A stretch of 64,000 nucleotides of DNA from the human T2T-CHM13v2.0 reference genome, Homo sapiens: assembly GCF_009914755.1 (NCBI RefSeq), contig NC_060928.1, one strand, 5' to 3'. The position numbers and the translations under genes are program-made. The notes beneath the pieces were generated by a model, which was given only the letters and a program-made list of their open reading frames with translations, was not told the DNA's origin and did not search any database. Shown here piece after piece: positions 45,377-62,105 of the stretch. How positions within the stretch are numbered: the stretch's first letter is position 1; each line of letters opens with the position of its first letter.

Positions 45377-45525
45377 TTTTTTTTTTTTTAGAATTTTTTT
45401 TTATTATTAAGAGACAGAGTCTTATTATGTTGCCCAGGCTGGCTTCAAACTCCTAGGCTCAAGAGATTCTCTTACCTCAGCCTCCCAAGTACCTAGGATT
45501 ACAGGCACATTCCACCATGTCCAGT
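45377..45525 (-). mobile_element. FLAM/Alu monomer
   Basis: Poly-T followed by a reverse left monomer. Confidence 0.82.
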
Positions 45526-45679
45526 GACAGAAATTCTTAAAAGACAGAAAGGGGAGGAGAAGGCAGGACGAGGGGGTAGTCATGGGCCTTTAACGGGAAA
45601 GATTTGAACTGACATGATTATAGGTGGGCTGAGATTTTTATATTTTCAAAATGAGGCATGGGTTGAAAATAAATAAGGG

Positions 45680-46630
45680 ACACTCTTAAATGCTGATTCT
45701 TCCAGGGTTTCATCCTTGGTGGTATGTTCGTTTTACATTTTTAGATATATTATTTCATTCATATTCTAAAAGCTACTGCTTATAGTTCCCAAGACTGTAT
45801 CTCCAATTCTAACCTATCTTCAAGTTCCAGACCAGCTTTTTCAAATGCTAGTTAATTTGGCTATCACAAGGGCACTTGAACCTAATACATTTTTTAAAAA
45901 AGAAGACTGGAGTAATTATACTCCTAAATATTCCCAACTTTCCCATCAAGGTTAATGGAATCAACATCCTCAAGTTTCCCAAGTAAAAAATTCATCTGGA
46001 GTGTCCCTCTTACCACCCACACCCAAATTGTGTCAATTTTATTTCAGAAATATATAAAAAATCTGACCATTCTTCCCTATTTCCTCAGCCACTAATTCAA
46101 TTCAGGCTCTTACGATTTCTGTCCTAGATTATTGCCACATTGTCCTATCTGGTCCCTCCCCCATCAATCTCTCCTATAATCCATCTTTTACATTCCTAAC
46201 ATCATTATTTTCTTACCAAACAAATATGATTACACCCTCCCCTTTATTTAACAATTTCCCCTGATTTTCCACTAGCTGCCCTATAAAAGCCAAGCTCTTT
46301 TGTATGGGCACAATGCCCTTCATGATGTAACCCCAATTTAGTGTTCCAATTTCATTTCCTTCCACTCCCCACCACAGCCCTAAGCTCCAAACCACAATGA
46401 ACTTCTCATATATCTTTTCAAAACTCTATGCCTTTGCAAATTTTGTCTTCTTTTCTTCAGATGCCCTTTCTTCCTCTTCTGTATATAACAAATTCTCATT
46501 CTGTCTTCTAGACTATCCAAAGTTCATCTTCTCTGTCAAGCCATCCCTAATTTTCCTAGACTGGACAATAGTGCTTATTTCTGTGTATTCAATTTGTTTA
46601 TTCATGTGTTTGCCTTTTCCATTAAACTAA
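45680..46630 (+). mobile_element. Degraded L2 fragment
   Basis: L2-like motifs (CCTAGATTATTGC...CCTATCTGGTC; ATAAAAGCCAAGCTCTTT; CAAAGTTCATCTTCTCTGTCAAGCC). Confidence 0.6.
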
Positions 46631-46651
46631 GTTCCTTAAAAGTAGGGATCT

Positions 46652-46951
<300 letters not shown>

Positions 46952-49869
46952 TTATAGGTTTTTTTATTTGGGGTGCCTAGCAGAATGTCTTGAATATGGT
47001 TGAATAAATGCTTATTGGCTGAATAACTTACTTTCTTATATCAAGTCAAGATTCACTGGATGCTTTAGCCTGAAATAAATTCTTGAGCAACCAAATGCTG
47101 GTATTCTGCATGTTTTGTATATTGTATAGTATACACATTTTATTATTTGAATCTTTCTTTCCTTGACTATCTTTATTTTGGTTATTTAAATAAATATAAT
47201 GAGCTATAGCATAGGAAAGAAAACAACTTTAAATTTGTTCCTTATTAAAAGTGTAAGAAGTTGGGTAAAGGAGAATATTGAAACAATTAGATAAATTAAG
47301 GTTGAGGAGCACCTATGATTTGTTCTTGCATCCCTCAGAGTCAGGAAAATAAAGAATGTGACCATTTGACTAGATATAAATATATTACCATCCACACCAT
47401 TCCTTATAATATCAGGAAGCTCATTAATAAAGTGGTTTAATTTGAAGATCCTCATGAATGACTTTTAGCTAGTAAGATTATAATCTGTTTAGAGTATGAA
47501 TTTCAATGGTTTGAGCCATAACATTTTACAGTCCATTGCATTTTATCTGGTCATTTAATCAAACTGACCAAACACCTCCTGTGCCGTTTCAGAAATAGGT
47601 GGGAAATGAGGGGCTATAAACAATTCCTGAAGAAGGATGGGAACAATTCATGCTAGCAATGTAATATATGTTTTTAATTTAATGGAACCTGTTCTGTATC
47701 CATAGGTTGATGAAATTTGAGAAAATACGAGTTATCTATATCAGGTACCCTAGTAAATCAAATTCCCTGAGGACAAAGAACTTTTATTCATATTCATCTC
47801 TCCTCCTTCACAGGTAAAACATTCTGAATACATCTTTGTTGAATTTTATTAAATGAAATGCTTTATTTTTTTTACAAAATTCTAGATATCATAATAAGCC
47901 TTACTCATTTATTGTTTGACATAAGAAAATATAACACATGTGCACCTAAAAGAATTTTAAAAATTACCTTTATGTAATATTTAGCACAAATAGAGAAATG
48001 TTTTTAGATCATATTGAGGCAGAGGAACCTGCAAACTAATTGCTGATTCACTCACTGGGAAGAAAACAGTTTATTTCTGTCAACTAAAAGAAATAATACA
48101 TAAAACAAATACCAGAGAAAAGAGAAATATTTTTGTTTCACACAATACAGAGCTGTGATTGCAAAAAGAATTAAATGCTGAGCAAAGGAAAAATATGTTT
48201 ATTTATTCGTGGAGCCCTTTCGAGTCTTAGATGAAAAAGGGTAACTAAACCAAATGATAACCTGGAAAGTATCTCCTAGAATCTTAAAATGTTTAAAATT
48301 TTAAATTTAATAATGTGAAAAATGAGAACCATTTTTATAGCACTGGCAAGAAAACAGGTTCTAAGATGTCCTTACAATTCCATGCTCAGTTTATATTCTG
48401 TTGTAACTTCCCCAAGTTTTATTTTTCTGAGTGGGCTGGGCAGTGAAACCCATAAGATTTGCCCTCTGGGACAGAGCCATTTTAAATACAATGCTCTTCC
48501 TACTCTTCAGACAAGAAAGCAGTGAATCATTCATCTTCTAACCAAAATTAAGCTGGTTAATTCCATGGCTATCAATCTTGACATTTAATGTTTACATTCA
48601 AAATTTGGGATTAAAAAAAAATGAGTAAAAAAGAAATATGAAGTGGACCATTAGTGAAATTCTAACTGAAGTGAAACTAAATCTTTTGTTAAATGGCAAT
48701 GGTAAATGTTGTAAAGATATATTACTTCCTGTTTTCCAGTCTCTTTTTCTTGACCACAACCAGTGTAAGATATAATAAAATAACAACCTCCCAAGTTATG
48801 TTATTATAGAGTACTTTTACAGCCCAACCCAAGGCAAAATAAACATCAGTAATGAATTGTTCCCATGTACTGACATAAGGAAAGACTACTGACTGTCACT
48901 AAAAACTAGTGTATTTTTTTAAAATCTAAGAAAAGTAGAACTCTAAGGCACAACAGTTTCATTGTTAATTTATGTCATCCAAGATTTTGTCCAACTGAGC
49001 AATCAATTAGGAAATAATATATCAAGAATCTTACTGGCTCTAGTTGTAATCATTTACAAATTACTGATAAATTTAATAATATTTTGAAGGGTAAATTGTT
49101 CATTTCCTCAGCACTAGATGTTGTATTTAATGACACCAAAATACTGTTTAGTTTCAGCCAAAAGTAGGCAACTAATATTTTTTCCTAATATAGAGTGTAG
49201 AGGTGACTGACTCATCATAATATTTTCTGTTTTCATATTAGTCAGTTAGCACTCAAGAAACTCCGTATGCCATTGGGAGTGCAACAGGAGTCATATTTCT
49301 GAAAATGAAATTTCTGTTTTTATATACACTCCTTCTGTTGGCTCCTAAATTCAGGTAGTTTAGAGAAACATACTTTCCCACATTTAGTGCCCTGACTTAG
49401 GTAGAAGTTAATAATATCTTTATTCTAAACTGAATCATTGGTATATTGATGCTAAATGGTTGCAAGAAATTAAATGGTTTATTCTTTTATGTACCCCCAA
49501 GAAGCAATTCTAGTCTGTCATTCTTCTGCAACAAACACCTAATTAGTTTACTAATACATACAGAGGTGAAACAAAAAGTAAATTAAAAATACATATTTTC
49601 AATTTTAACTGGCCATAATTTTAATTTTCAAATTAGTGTTCTCTTCTATTAGCCCAGGCTGAAAAATTAAATATAGGATACCTAAATAAAACACATTTAT
49701 GAACAAATTCATAAATTTAAGTCACATAAATTCAAGAAAGTATATTCTTATTTGATGTTTGAGAAATTTTCCATCAATAGACAAGTTTTTATATTCCATC
49801 AAATTCAGTGCTAAAGACGAGGCTTTGTACTTAGTATGCTGTCTTTCATCTTTGGCCTTCGAAACTCTT

Positions 49870-49990
49870 TATGGGCCTTAATTAATTCTCACCACACCCC
49901 TCTGAGGCAGGTTGGTATTATTATTCCCTCTTTATAGTTGAGGAAATGGAGACAAAAAGAGATTAGTATGAGATTTGCCCAATGACGTAG
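49870..49990 (-). mobile_element. MIR fragment
   Basis: TATTATTATTCCCTCTTTATAGTTGAGGAAATGGAGAC. Confidence 0.7.
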
Positions 49991-51135
49991 AATAAATCAG
50001 AGACACATTTAGTGTGAGCTTCAAAACGGCTCACAGATAAACATGTTGTTGGCGTCTTCATTTCTCTTTCCTATCAGTATCAATGTTTCAACATTCTCAA
50101 CAGAAAATGTTTCTTGTTTAGCAACATTGCTAAGTTGAATTACTTTTTCACTCTGAGAAGTTTATATTGCCTCTTTGAGAATTTATTTTATTGCTTTCTT
50201 CTTTGCTACAAAATGAATTTTTGACATAATTTTGACATGTTGCAACTAAATGTACAGGTTGGTACCCTGAAGAAATTAGAGTATGCATTACTTGCAATTA
50301 GATATAAAACTTTCAGGAAAAAAAAAAAAAACTTTCCAGAAATGTGTAGCATGCTGTATCAGATCATTCATGGGGACATTCTAGGGTCCACGGAAGCCAT
50401 TCACCTAGAAATCTTGATGGTAATATTATTATGATACCACCTCATTAAGTGACTCATGATGGCTTGTTCAGGCTTGTGTTCTTTGTGAACTGAAGACCTG
50501 CTATAAATCCAGTTACAACTAGTTTCTCTGCTATTGCATTATACCTCATGTTAATGGCTAAAGTAAACTTGCATATTTTTTTCCATTGGAGTTCAATGGC
50601 AAATGTCTGCTACTGAAGCAAAATGAAAAATAATATACATTATTTTTCCTTTTCTTCTTGAGACATCCCCAAAAATTTATGTTTAGGTTTAACCAAATCC
50701 AACGGTTTTGCTGTTCTATACCCTACGTGACTAGCAACTTTTTTGGAGGAGATAAGGCTATCTTTCCAAAAAAAAAAAATCTAAAAATCCTATAATTTAA
50801 AAAATTATGTTTAATTTGCCTTGTCTAGGTGAAGATGCTATTGAGAGATATCTCTGTTTTAAGATTTATTCCAAGCTTGGATTCCTTATGCTGTTTGGTT
50901 TTCTTATGATACCTTACTCTATTAAATTGTACTCAATAATAATACCAGCAAATAGTCTCTCTTTCTCCACAATGAACTCTCTTGTTTCCCCTGCTCTATT
51001 TTGGATAATTTGTATAAAATGCAATGCAAAGATTACATTTCAGGAAAGGGTGAAGAGAGGAAAGGCAAAAATATACCTTCAGTTTTCAAACTATACTACT
51101 TAAATATTTTGTTTTAGTCTTAATAGTCACTCACC

Positions 51136-51449
<314 letters not shown>

Positions 51450-52463
51450 TCACTCACCTTCCTTATAAAACCAGTCAATTTTTTTTAATTTAGGATATTA
51501 CTAATCACTAAATATCATGTTGTATTGTAAAGACAAAAAATAAAATAAAAATAGAATATTACTAATCATTTAATTTCAGCAGTAACCATTTTGCTTCAAA
51601 ATTCTGCTAAATTAAATCATGGTGAACTTAAAGTTGTTAAATTTTACACACATTACTTTATATGTAAACATACAAACGCACTTTAACGAAAATGACAAGA
51701 CTTTTCAATATAGAAAAATAATTTACTCCAAGGTTCAGAGTCAGAGTGAGACTCGTTAGCAAACCTCAATTGGTGGATATTTTCAGTATTTTCCAAAGTC
51801 TACCAGTGTGTGCCCCTACAGGTTGGATGTTACAAAATAATCTCTTCTTTTTAAAATGGAAATATGCTGTATTTGCCTTAGAAGACAGTTTTCAAATAAG
51901 AGATCTATCTTCTTTCAATATTTATTGCAACTTATAATGGAATTCTTGTTTAAAGGTTTGTATAGAATTAGTTACACTCCTTTGTCACATACTCCCAAAT
52001 ATTTATTTTAGGGAGTAGTTGATAAACCTGCTGGTTCTATCTGAAAGCGTGAAACCAGGTCAATTTCGCCACTGGGGCTAAGCACCATTCATCACCCTTA
52101 TCTCTCTAACAGCTAATCTAAAGTAGTTAAGTAGTAATACATTGGCAATTCCCTTATTTAAGTGATGCAGTAAGCTATAAACTTAGCATTGCAAAACAGA
52201 GGCAAAAACTGTGCAATAATCCTTTTTGACCCCAGGATAGGAATCTTGGGACATTATTCTCAGTTCAAAATAAAGAGACTTAAAATCATTTTCATACAGT
52301 TAATGGATTCTTTCCTGTGCAGTCCTAGGACATGATGAAATATATTTAATGAGCTGTGCAAGGAATGAAGCGTGTTTGCCACTATAGAGTCCATGTCAGA
52401 AATAGAGCAAAGCATAGGAAATCCTGCTCACATGTATTACAATCCCTGTTCAATCTCCTAGGT

Positions 52464-52765
52464 CAACAGTTCACAACCTTTTTGGCACCAGGGACCAGTT
52501 TTGTGGAAAACAATTTTTTCCATGAATGCGGGAGTAGGGGGAATGAAACTATTTCATGTCAGACCATCAGGCATTGGATTCTCCTAAGGAGTGTACAACC
52601 TAGATTCCTCACATGCACCGTTCACAGTAGGGTTCATGCTCCTATGAGAATCTAATGCCACTGCTGATGTGACAGGAGGCAGAGCTCAGGTGGTAATGCT
52701 CCAGCCCAGTTCTTAACAGGCCATGGACCCATAATGATCCATGGCCTGGGGGATGGGGATCCCTG
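52464..52765 (+). mobile_element. MER1B (hAT-Charlie)
   Basis: CAACCTTTTTGGCACCAGGGACCAGTTTTGTGGAA...CCTATGAGAATCTAATGCC...GGGGATCCCTG. Confidence 0.85.
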
Positions 52766-53551
52766 TCCTGCAAGACTCTGTCAGTTGCTGTGTATTATAA
52801 GTTCTTATGCTAAAATGTGAGTAATATAATGCTTATTAGAAGTAGTGGTAGTATTTCAAAAAATTATTCTATAATGTGTTAATAGTCCAGACTCTCATGT
52901 GTTTTCGACATTATTTGAACCTAGTTTCAAAAGCTCTTTCATTTCTTACTGAGAGCAATTCTCCAAAACCTCCTTCCTCTTATCTACAATCAACTGTTCA
53001 TTCTTGCTTCCCTTGTTGATTTACAGTGAATGAAGAACTATTCTGGTGTTATTGAGATCTGTTTCTTATGAAAAATTAGCTGTGCTGGCTCTCTCTATAT
53101 ATATGAGGGAGAAATGAGAAGAGAAGGTGATTGAGTAATAGTCTAATTGTTAAGACTTAATTACTTAAAAGCAGACAATATGAAAGTAGATGAAACAGAT
53201 AATTAAGGAGGTTATTTATTCATTATAAAACACTTTTCTATGTCAAGCAATGTACAGTGTATTGGGGAGACAAGAAGCAGACAGAGGACTTGCTCCCAGA
53301 AAACAGACAATCTAGTTGGAAGAAATATAAACTGTTTCTTCTTTTGCAATTCTTGTTGGATCATTCATTTTTCCCTATTCTAATTTTTATCATCTTAATT
53401 TGGACATTTACCACTTCCTTCTTGGATCACTACTGTTCTCCCCTGAAAGGCTTTCCCATCTCTGGTAAATATCCCCACTCGATCCTTTCTAAATTGACTC
53501 TTACTTCTAACTTCTACTTTGATTGCATAACTATCCTGTTCAAAAAGTTCA

Positions 53552-53782
<231 letters not shown>

Positions 53783-53891
53783 AGTTCAAGGGTTAATACT
53801 TTTGGAATAAAGTTTTAATTGTTAATCTAGCCTCAGCATCAATGCTCCTAACATCAGATGCCAATCTACTCATCAATTTTACATGCTGCTA

Positions 53892-54275
<384 letters not shown>

Positions 54276-55055
54276 CTACACACTTTCCCATATTTCTACA
54301 GTGGATTACACTGCTGCCTGTGTTTAGAATGTTCTCTGTTGAAATCCTACCCATCTAAGGTAATATTCATATGCCACTTCTTCCATAACCAGAATTCCTA
54401 ACCAGAATTCCTCCAGCTGAAACTGCTCTCTGTCATCTAAATGCTTTAAGCTCCTTCTTTGTATAACTCTTAAGGTACCAGTCAAATACTACCTTGTATT
54501 GTTATGTTTATTTCTTTCCTCCTTACAAGCACATAAAAACTCCTACATAACCCTTGGTATGTGTCTTATATATATTGAGCACTTAGTAAATATTTGTGCG
54601 ATGTTGAATAATTACAATGAGAGGAAAAAGCAAGTGTGCATGAGAAGAGAGCAAATATGTAGGTAGAGATAAAAGTCATGGAAACCTTTGTAAACTGAAA
54701 GAAGTGGGGCTTAAATTTAATATGGAAGAAAGGAATTTTATTCATAATAGTATCTTGATTTATAGTTTACTTACAGGAAACTTTTGATTGCCAACATAAC
54801 AATTCATTTACAAAATATGAGGGAGGTAAAAAAAAATGATGTTGAGGTTAGCAGGTGAAATCATTGTGAAAATTCCAGGAGAGAAAAGAAATCAGAATAT
54901 TTGAAAAAGAATTTGTTCAAAGTAGCAGCATTATTTATACCCAGATAATTAAATTACCAGATTTATGGGATGAAGTATCTGTTTACTTTTCATCTTTTAT
55001 GTTTGTGGTATCTAGGCCCATTTAGGATTGGAGTAATTTTTCTGATTACCTAATA

Positions 55056-55730
<675 letters not shown>

Positions 55731-57916
55731 TACATCTAAACTACTTCTTTTTTGCATAGCTTTGCCTAGGTTTGTATAGCTTTTGAGATGAACAGTCTCC
55801 TGGCCATGGAAAGGCATTGGATGTATGGTGTTTTGAAAAAGAAATGCAAAAGAAGAGGAAAAGGACCAAAACCATTAGTAGTACAGAAGTTGCCTCTCCA
55901 AAAGCAGCTTGTTTCAGAGCCTCTTGCTTGCTTCCTCATTGACATCTTTCCCTCTCCCATCTCTTAAGATATAGTATACAACTGAAAAGGAATGCAAGCC
56001 AACCAAAGAAAGAAGATAAGGAACAGTTGTGTAAAACATTTATTTGCCTATGAATGGAGACATGCACAGACACCACCAAATGAATCCAATTCTTGCACTC
56101 TCCACTCTGCAATGGAGAGAAATCTGTGTGATCCCATGCACATATAGCGCCATGAGGAGATACCCCTTCCTCCTTTTCTACCACCTTTTTAAGGAGGTGA
56201 AACCGGCAAATATTCTTTAGGCTGGATTTAGACCTCAAAGCTCGGAAAAGGGTGCATTTTCAGTATAGCAAGATAGTCTTGGGGAGGAATTCTTCAAGTG
56301 TACAATCTCAAGCTACTCTGGAGAGTAACGCAATAGAGTATTTGCTTAGGCTCGTGGAACAATCTGCATTTATTCAAGCATGAGATGGCGGGGGAAGTTC
56401 AAGGGCCTCCCACACTGGAAACTGTGCTTAATGATTTGGCATCTCGAGAACTTATCTAGACTAGCAGGAGGAAGTCTAACCTTACAAATGGGCTTCTGTG
56501 AGACTTCTTACATATACCACTCCTGTTGAGAGTGCAGCTGGGTGCAAATGTGGCAGCCAGATGGCTCCCATGTTCACTCAGAATGTGAGGTGCTGGGGAG
56601 AGGGAAGATGAGTCCGCCTCCTACTGTACACTAACAACACATTAAGCAAATCAAACTTATCTATATATGAATTCACTTTTAAAAACAGCTCAGAACAATA
56701 TATTTTTATTGCTGAAATACTGAGTATATTCTCACATCATACATATCCTCATTTCCTACTTTGCTCAAAAGAATAAATCCATGTAAAAATGAACTAAAAG
56801 TTTCCAATTCCACCATTGTATTACTTTGTAATTTAAGAGTAGACAGGAACAAATCTTAAATTTATAGAATATTAATAAAATATCTTCTTACACCGTTGTA
56901 GTCTATAAATTACTCTCAAACACACAATTTTTCTCTAAAAGCTAGTATTTCCATTCATCCAAAATATAATAATTGATCCAACAAAAGGACAAATAGTTGA
57001 GTCACAGAAAGGTCTTCAAGGTCCCTCTAAAACATCAGTGATTAAATTGTATTTAGCTTTTCGATAATGCTAAGGGAAACAGAGCACAATGAAAAAGTAT
57101 GCAGACGTAGCAGATGCAGCACACATTTATATAGCAAAGATAATTAACAGTATTCAATGCTTCAGCCCAGGAATAGATTAGATTTAGCTTGCATACAATA
57201 TTTTGTGCTTATCTCAACTCCATCTTCCTATTTAAATTTCTCTGACAGCTTATCATTTTTTTGCAGTAAACTATCAAACTCCTATACTTGTCCTTCCTCA
57301 TCACGTTCCTTCCTAACACTGAAAATGTATCTTCAACTACTTCCTTAAATAAAACTCCTGCTCACCACAGACTGGCCTATTCATTGTTGCCTGAACACAT
57401 ACTCACATTCTTTCTACTTTCATGGTTTTGCTCAATTCCTTCCCCCCAAGTCTCTTGTAACTTCTCCATTGCCTAGACGGTATCCTTTCTTGAAGTTGTA
57501 GTTTAACTTCTACCTCTTCAGGAAGTCTTTTCCAATCATCTCCCTACCAAAAGATTTGCACATATTAACATCCTTGTGGAACATCCTCTTCCCTGCACTC
57601 TTTTGGCAAGTATTTTCTGTATTATCATTTGGTATTGACTTTGTTCCTCCATCCATTCACTTGGTATACGGCATATATTAATTCCCTCTTCCCAAGGTCA
57701 AGGATCATGTCTCCTATTTTTATCCCTAGAAATTAGAACCAAAAAGTACTCAAATACTACCCCTGATAATAATGTTGGTGTGATGATAGTGGATCTATGG
57801 AAAACAAAGACTAAGATGGAATCTCTTAGGAAATTACTGGGCACAAAAAAATATGAGTTCTTTTCAGAGAAGCATCCTGTTTCCTTCCTATATTCACCAG
57901 ATATAAAAGTAGTCTA

Positions 57917-58209
57917 GGCCGGGCGCGGTGGCTCACGCCTGTAATCCCAGCACTTTGGGAGGCCGAGGCAGGTGGATCACCTGAGGTCAGGAATTCTAGA
58001 CCAGCCTGGCCAACATGGTGAAACCCTGTCTCTACTAAAAAATACAAAAATTAGCCGGGCATGGTGCTGGGCATCTGTATTCCCAGCTGCTCGGGAGGCT
58101 GGGGCAGTAGAATTGCTTGAACGCAGGTGACGGAGTTTGCAGTGAGCCGACACAGTACCACTGCACTCCAACCTGAGTGACAGAGTGAGAATCCATTTAA
58201 AAAAAAAAA
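57917..58209 (+). mobile_element. AluS (Sx-like)
   Basis: TSD AAAAGTAGTCTA. Confidence 0.93.
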
Positions 58210-58272
58210 GTAGTCTATATTGTAACTAATCATCACCAATGTCCTTAATTTTTCACTTAAGCATGGTAATCA

Positions 58273-58566
58273 GGCTAGATGCAGTGGCTCTCACCTATAA
58301 TCCCAGCACTTTGGGAGGTCAAGGCTGGAGAATCACTTGAGCCCTAAGTTCAAGATCGGTCTAGGCAACATGGCGAAACCCCGTCTCTACTAGAAATACA
58401 AAAATTAGCCTGGCATGGTGGTGCATGCCTTAGTAGTCTTAGCTACCCAGGCAGCTGAGGTGGGAGGATCACCTTAGCCTGGGAAGTTGAGGCTGCAGTG
58501 AGCTGTGATCGCTCCAGCCTGGGTGGCAGAATGAAACTGTCTCAAAACAAAAACAAAAATAAAAAA
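58273..58566 (+). mobile_element. AluJ-type element
   Basis: TSD CATGGTAATCA. Confidence 0.92.
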
Positions 58567-58707
58567 CCATGGTAATCATATTCAGTTTGGTGTACATCTT
58601 TCAAGACTGCATTTTAAAATTACTTAGATTGTATACTGTACATAAAAATCTTATTCAAAAGTATAATTTTTCATACTTGAAAACTCAGTATGAAATATTA
58701 GTTCTAA

Positions 58708-59162
<455 letters not shown>

Positions 59163-59417
59163 TTACTTATTAAAATCTTGAATTTCATTTGATAGTAGAT
59201 TCACTGACATACGGAGAAATTTAAAAGAGAAATGTATCATAGAATGAAATTAGATCAGTAAAGAAGTTTATGTCAAAGTGATTTATTTTTTCTTAGGGAA
59301 GGTTAGATGCTCAAGAAGATAGCATAAAGGAAAAAATAGTCAACATCTCCTAAAATATATGTGAAGTATTATTATTGTAACAGAAAGTAAACCTTCGCAA
59401 TAAAAATGAGAAGACAG

Positions 59418-61445
59418 GAAGTTCTAGCTAGAGCAATCAGGCAAGAGGGAGAAATAAAAGGCATCCAAACTGAAAAAGAGACAGTCGAATATCTCTGTTC
59501 ACTGATGATATAATCTTATACATAGAGAACCCTGAAGACTCCTCCAAAAGACTCCTAGATTTAACAAATGACTTCAGCAAAGGTACAGGATACAAAATCA
59601 ACATATAAAAATCAGTAGCATTTCTATATACCAATAATGATCAAGCTGAGAACCAAGTCAGAACTCAATTCCATTTACAATAACTACAAATAAACCAAAT
59701 ACCCAGAAATATATTTTACCAATGAGGTGAAAAATCTCTACAAGAAAAACTACAAAACACTGCTGAAAGAAATCATAGATAACACCAACAAATGGAAAAA
59801 TATCAAATGGTCATGGATTAGAGGAATCAAATCATTAATACTGCCCAAAGCAATCTACAGATTCAACACAATTCCTTTTAAACTACCAATGTCATTCTTC
59901 ACAGAATTAGAAAAAATAATCCTAAAATTCATATGGAACCAAAAATAAAAACGGCCCAAGTAGCCAAAGCAATCCCAAGCAAAAACAGTAAAGCTGGAGG
60001 TATTACATCACCTGATTTCAAATTATACTATAACCAAGGCTATAATAACTGAAACAGTGTGGTACTAGTATAAAAATGGACACACAGATCAATGAGACAG
60101 AATAGAGAACCCGGAAATAAAGTCACACACCTACAACCAACAGGTCTTCAACAAAGTTGACAAAAATATACACTGGGGAAAGGATACTCTATTCAATATA
60201 TGGTGCTGGGATAATTAAAGAGCAATATGCAGAAGAATGAAATTGGACTTCTCTTTCTCACCATATATAAAAATTAACTCAAGATGAATTAAAGACTTAA
60301 ATGTAACACCTGAAACTATAAAAATCCAAAAGAAAACCTAGGAATAGCTCTTCTGGACATTGGTCTGGGCTAAGAATTTATGACTAAGCCTTCAAAAAAA
60401 ATGCAACAACAACAACAACAAAATAGACAAATGGGACTTCATTAAACTGAAAAGCTTCTGCACAGCAAAACAAACAATCAACGCAGTAAACAGACAACCT
60501 ACAGAATCAGAGAAAATATTCACAAACAATGCATTTGACAAAGGGCTAATATCCAGAATCTACAAGGAATACAAACAATTCAACAAGAAAAAAACAAATA
60601 ACTCCACTAAAAAGTAGGCAGAGGACGTGAACAGACACTTATCAAAAAAAGACATACAAGCGGCCAATAAACATATGAAAATATGCTCAACATCACCAAT
60701 CATCAAAGAAATGCAAATTGAAACCACAATGAGGTATCACCTTATACTAGTCAGAATGACTATTATTAAAAAGTCAAAAAACAACAGGTGTTGACGAGGA
60801 TGCAGAGAAAAGGGAACACTTATACACTGTTGGTGGGAATGTAAATTAAGTCAGCTCCTGTGAAAAACAGTACAGAAAATTCTCAAAGAACTAAAAACAG
60901 AACTGCCATTTGATCCAGTAATTCCAGTACTGGGTATCTACCCAAAGAAAATTAAATCGTATTTTTAAAAAAAGACAGCTGCACTCGTATGCTTATCATA
61001 GCACTGTTCACACTAGCAAGGTCATGGAATCAACCTACCTACCTACCTACCTGTGGGATTTAAAAAAATGTGGTATTATATATACCATGAAATATGCTCA
61101 GCTATAAAAAGGAATAAAACCATGTCTTTTGCAGCAACATAGATGGGACTGAAGACCATTATCCTTAGTGAAATGACTCAGAAACAGAAAATCAAAAACC
61201 ACATGCTCTCACTTATATGTGAGAGCTAAACAGTGGGTACACGTGGACATTCAGAATGGAGTAATAGACACTGGGAATTCCAAAAGGTAGGTGGGTGAGA
61301 GAGGGGGTGAGGAATGAAATACCACCTGTTCAGTACAATGCACACTATTCAGATGATGGGTACATTAAAAGCCCAGATTTCCCCACTACACAACATATCC
61401 ATGTAACACAACTGTACTTGTACCCCTAAGTCCAGAAAAATAAAG
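59418..61445 (+). mobile_element. 5'-truncated L1 (L1MA1/2-type): ORF2 C-terminal part plus 3' UTR
   Basis: Peptide [41 protein letters not shown]; L1MA 3' end; possible decayed TSD AATAAAAATGAGAAGAC / AATAAAAGGAGAAAAC. Confidence 0.92.
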
Positions 61446-61707
61446 TACTTAATTTCAAAAATAAAAGGAGAAAACTGTTTATTTCAGCTGAGAAAAAAAG
61501 TGAAAGTACTATCCATCAAGATAAAAGTCTGAGATAACCAAGACTCAAATATCTTCATTGCTTAAAACAAAACAAAACAAAACTTGTTTAAAGTTACTTA
61601 GCACCTATAATGTGCCAGGTAGTGTGTTGCCTGGGAATTCAAAGATGAATAAGACCCAAAAGAAATCCCATAACTCAAAATATGGTAGACAAATAGTTAA
61701 ATAGATC

Positions 61708-62105
61708 CAGGCTCAGCAAACTACACTGCATGTTTTTGTAAGACTTGTGACCTAAGAATGGTTTTTACAGATAAATAGGTACAGGTAAATTTATTTTTAC
61801 AGATAAATATAAACAGGTAAATATTACAGATAAATCTGATGACAGGGAACACTAACTTTGAACCCCAATTAAGAAAAATGTTATCCCCCACCAAAATAAT
61901 TCCATTCTTCTGATTAGTATACTTGGTATTATGAAAATAATACTCAATATTATAATTTTACTTTTGCCAAAAAAAAATCATGGGAAATTGTTTTCTCTTT
62001 TGTTATATAAGTACCTACAGAATATCCTTGATTTTCCCTCTTGGCCTACAAGTTCTAAAATATTTACTTGCTGTAAACTTCACAGAAAAAGTTTGCTGAT
62101 CCCTG
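61708..62105. mobile_element. MER58-family (hAT-Charlie) element
   Basis: TIRs CAGGCTCAGCAAACT...AGAAAAAGTTTGCTGATCCCTG; CTAAGAATGGTTTTTACA. Confidence 0.7.
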
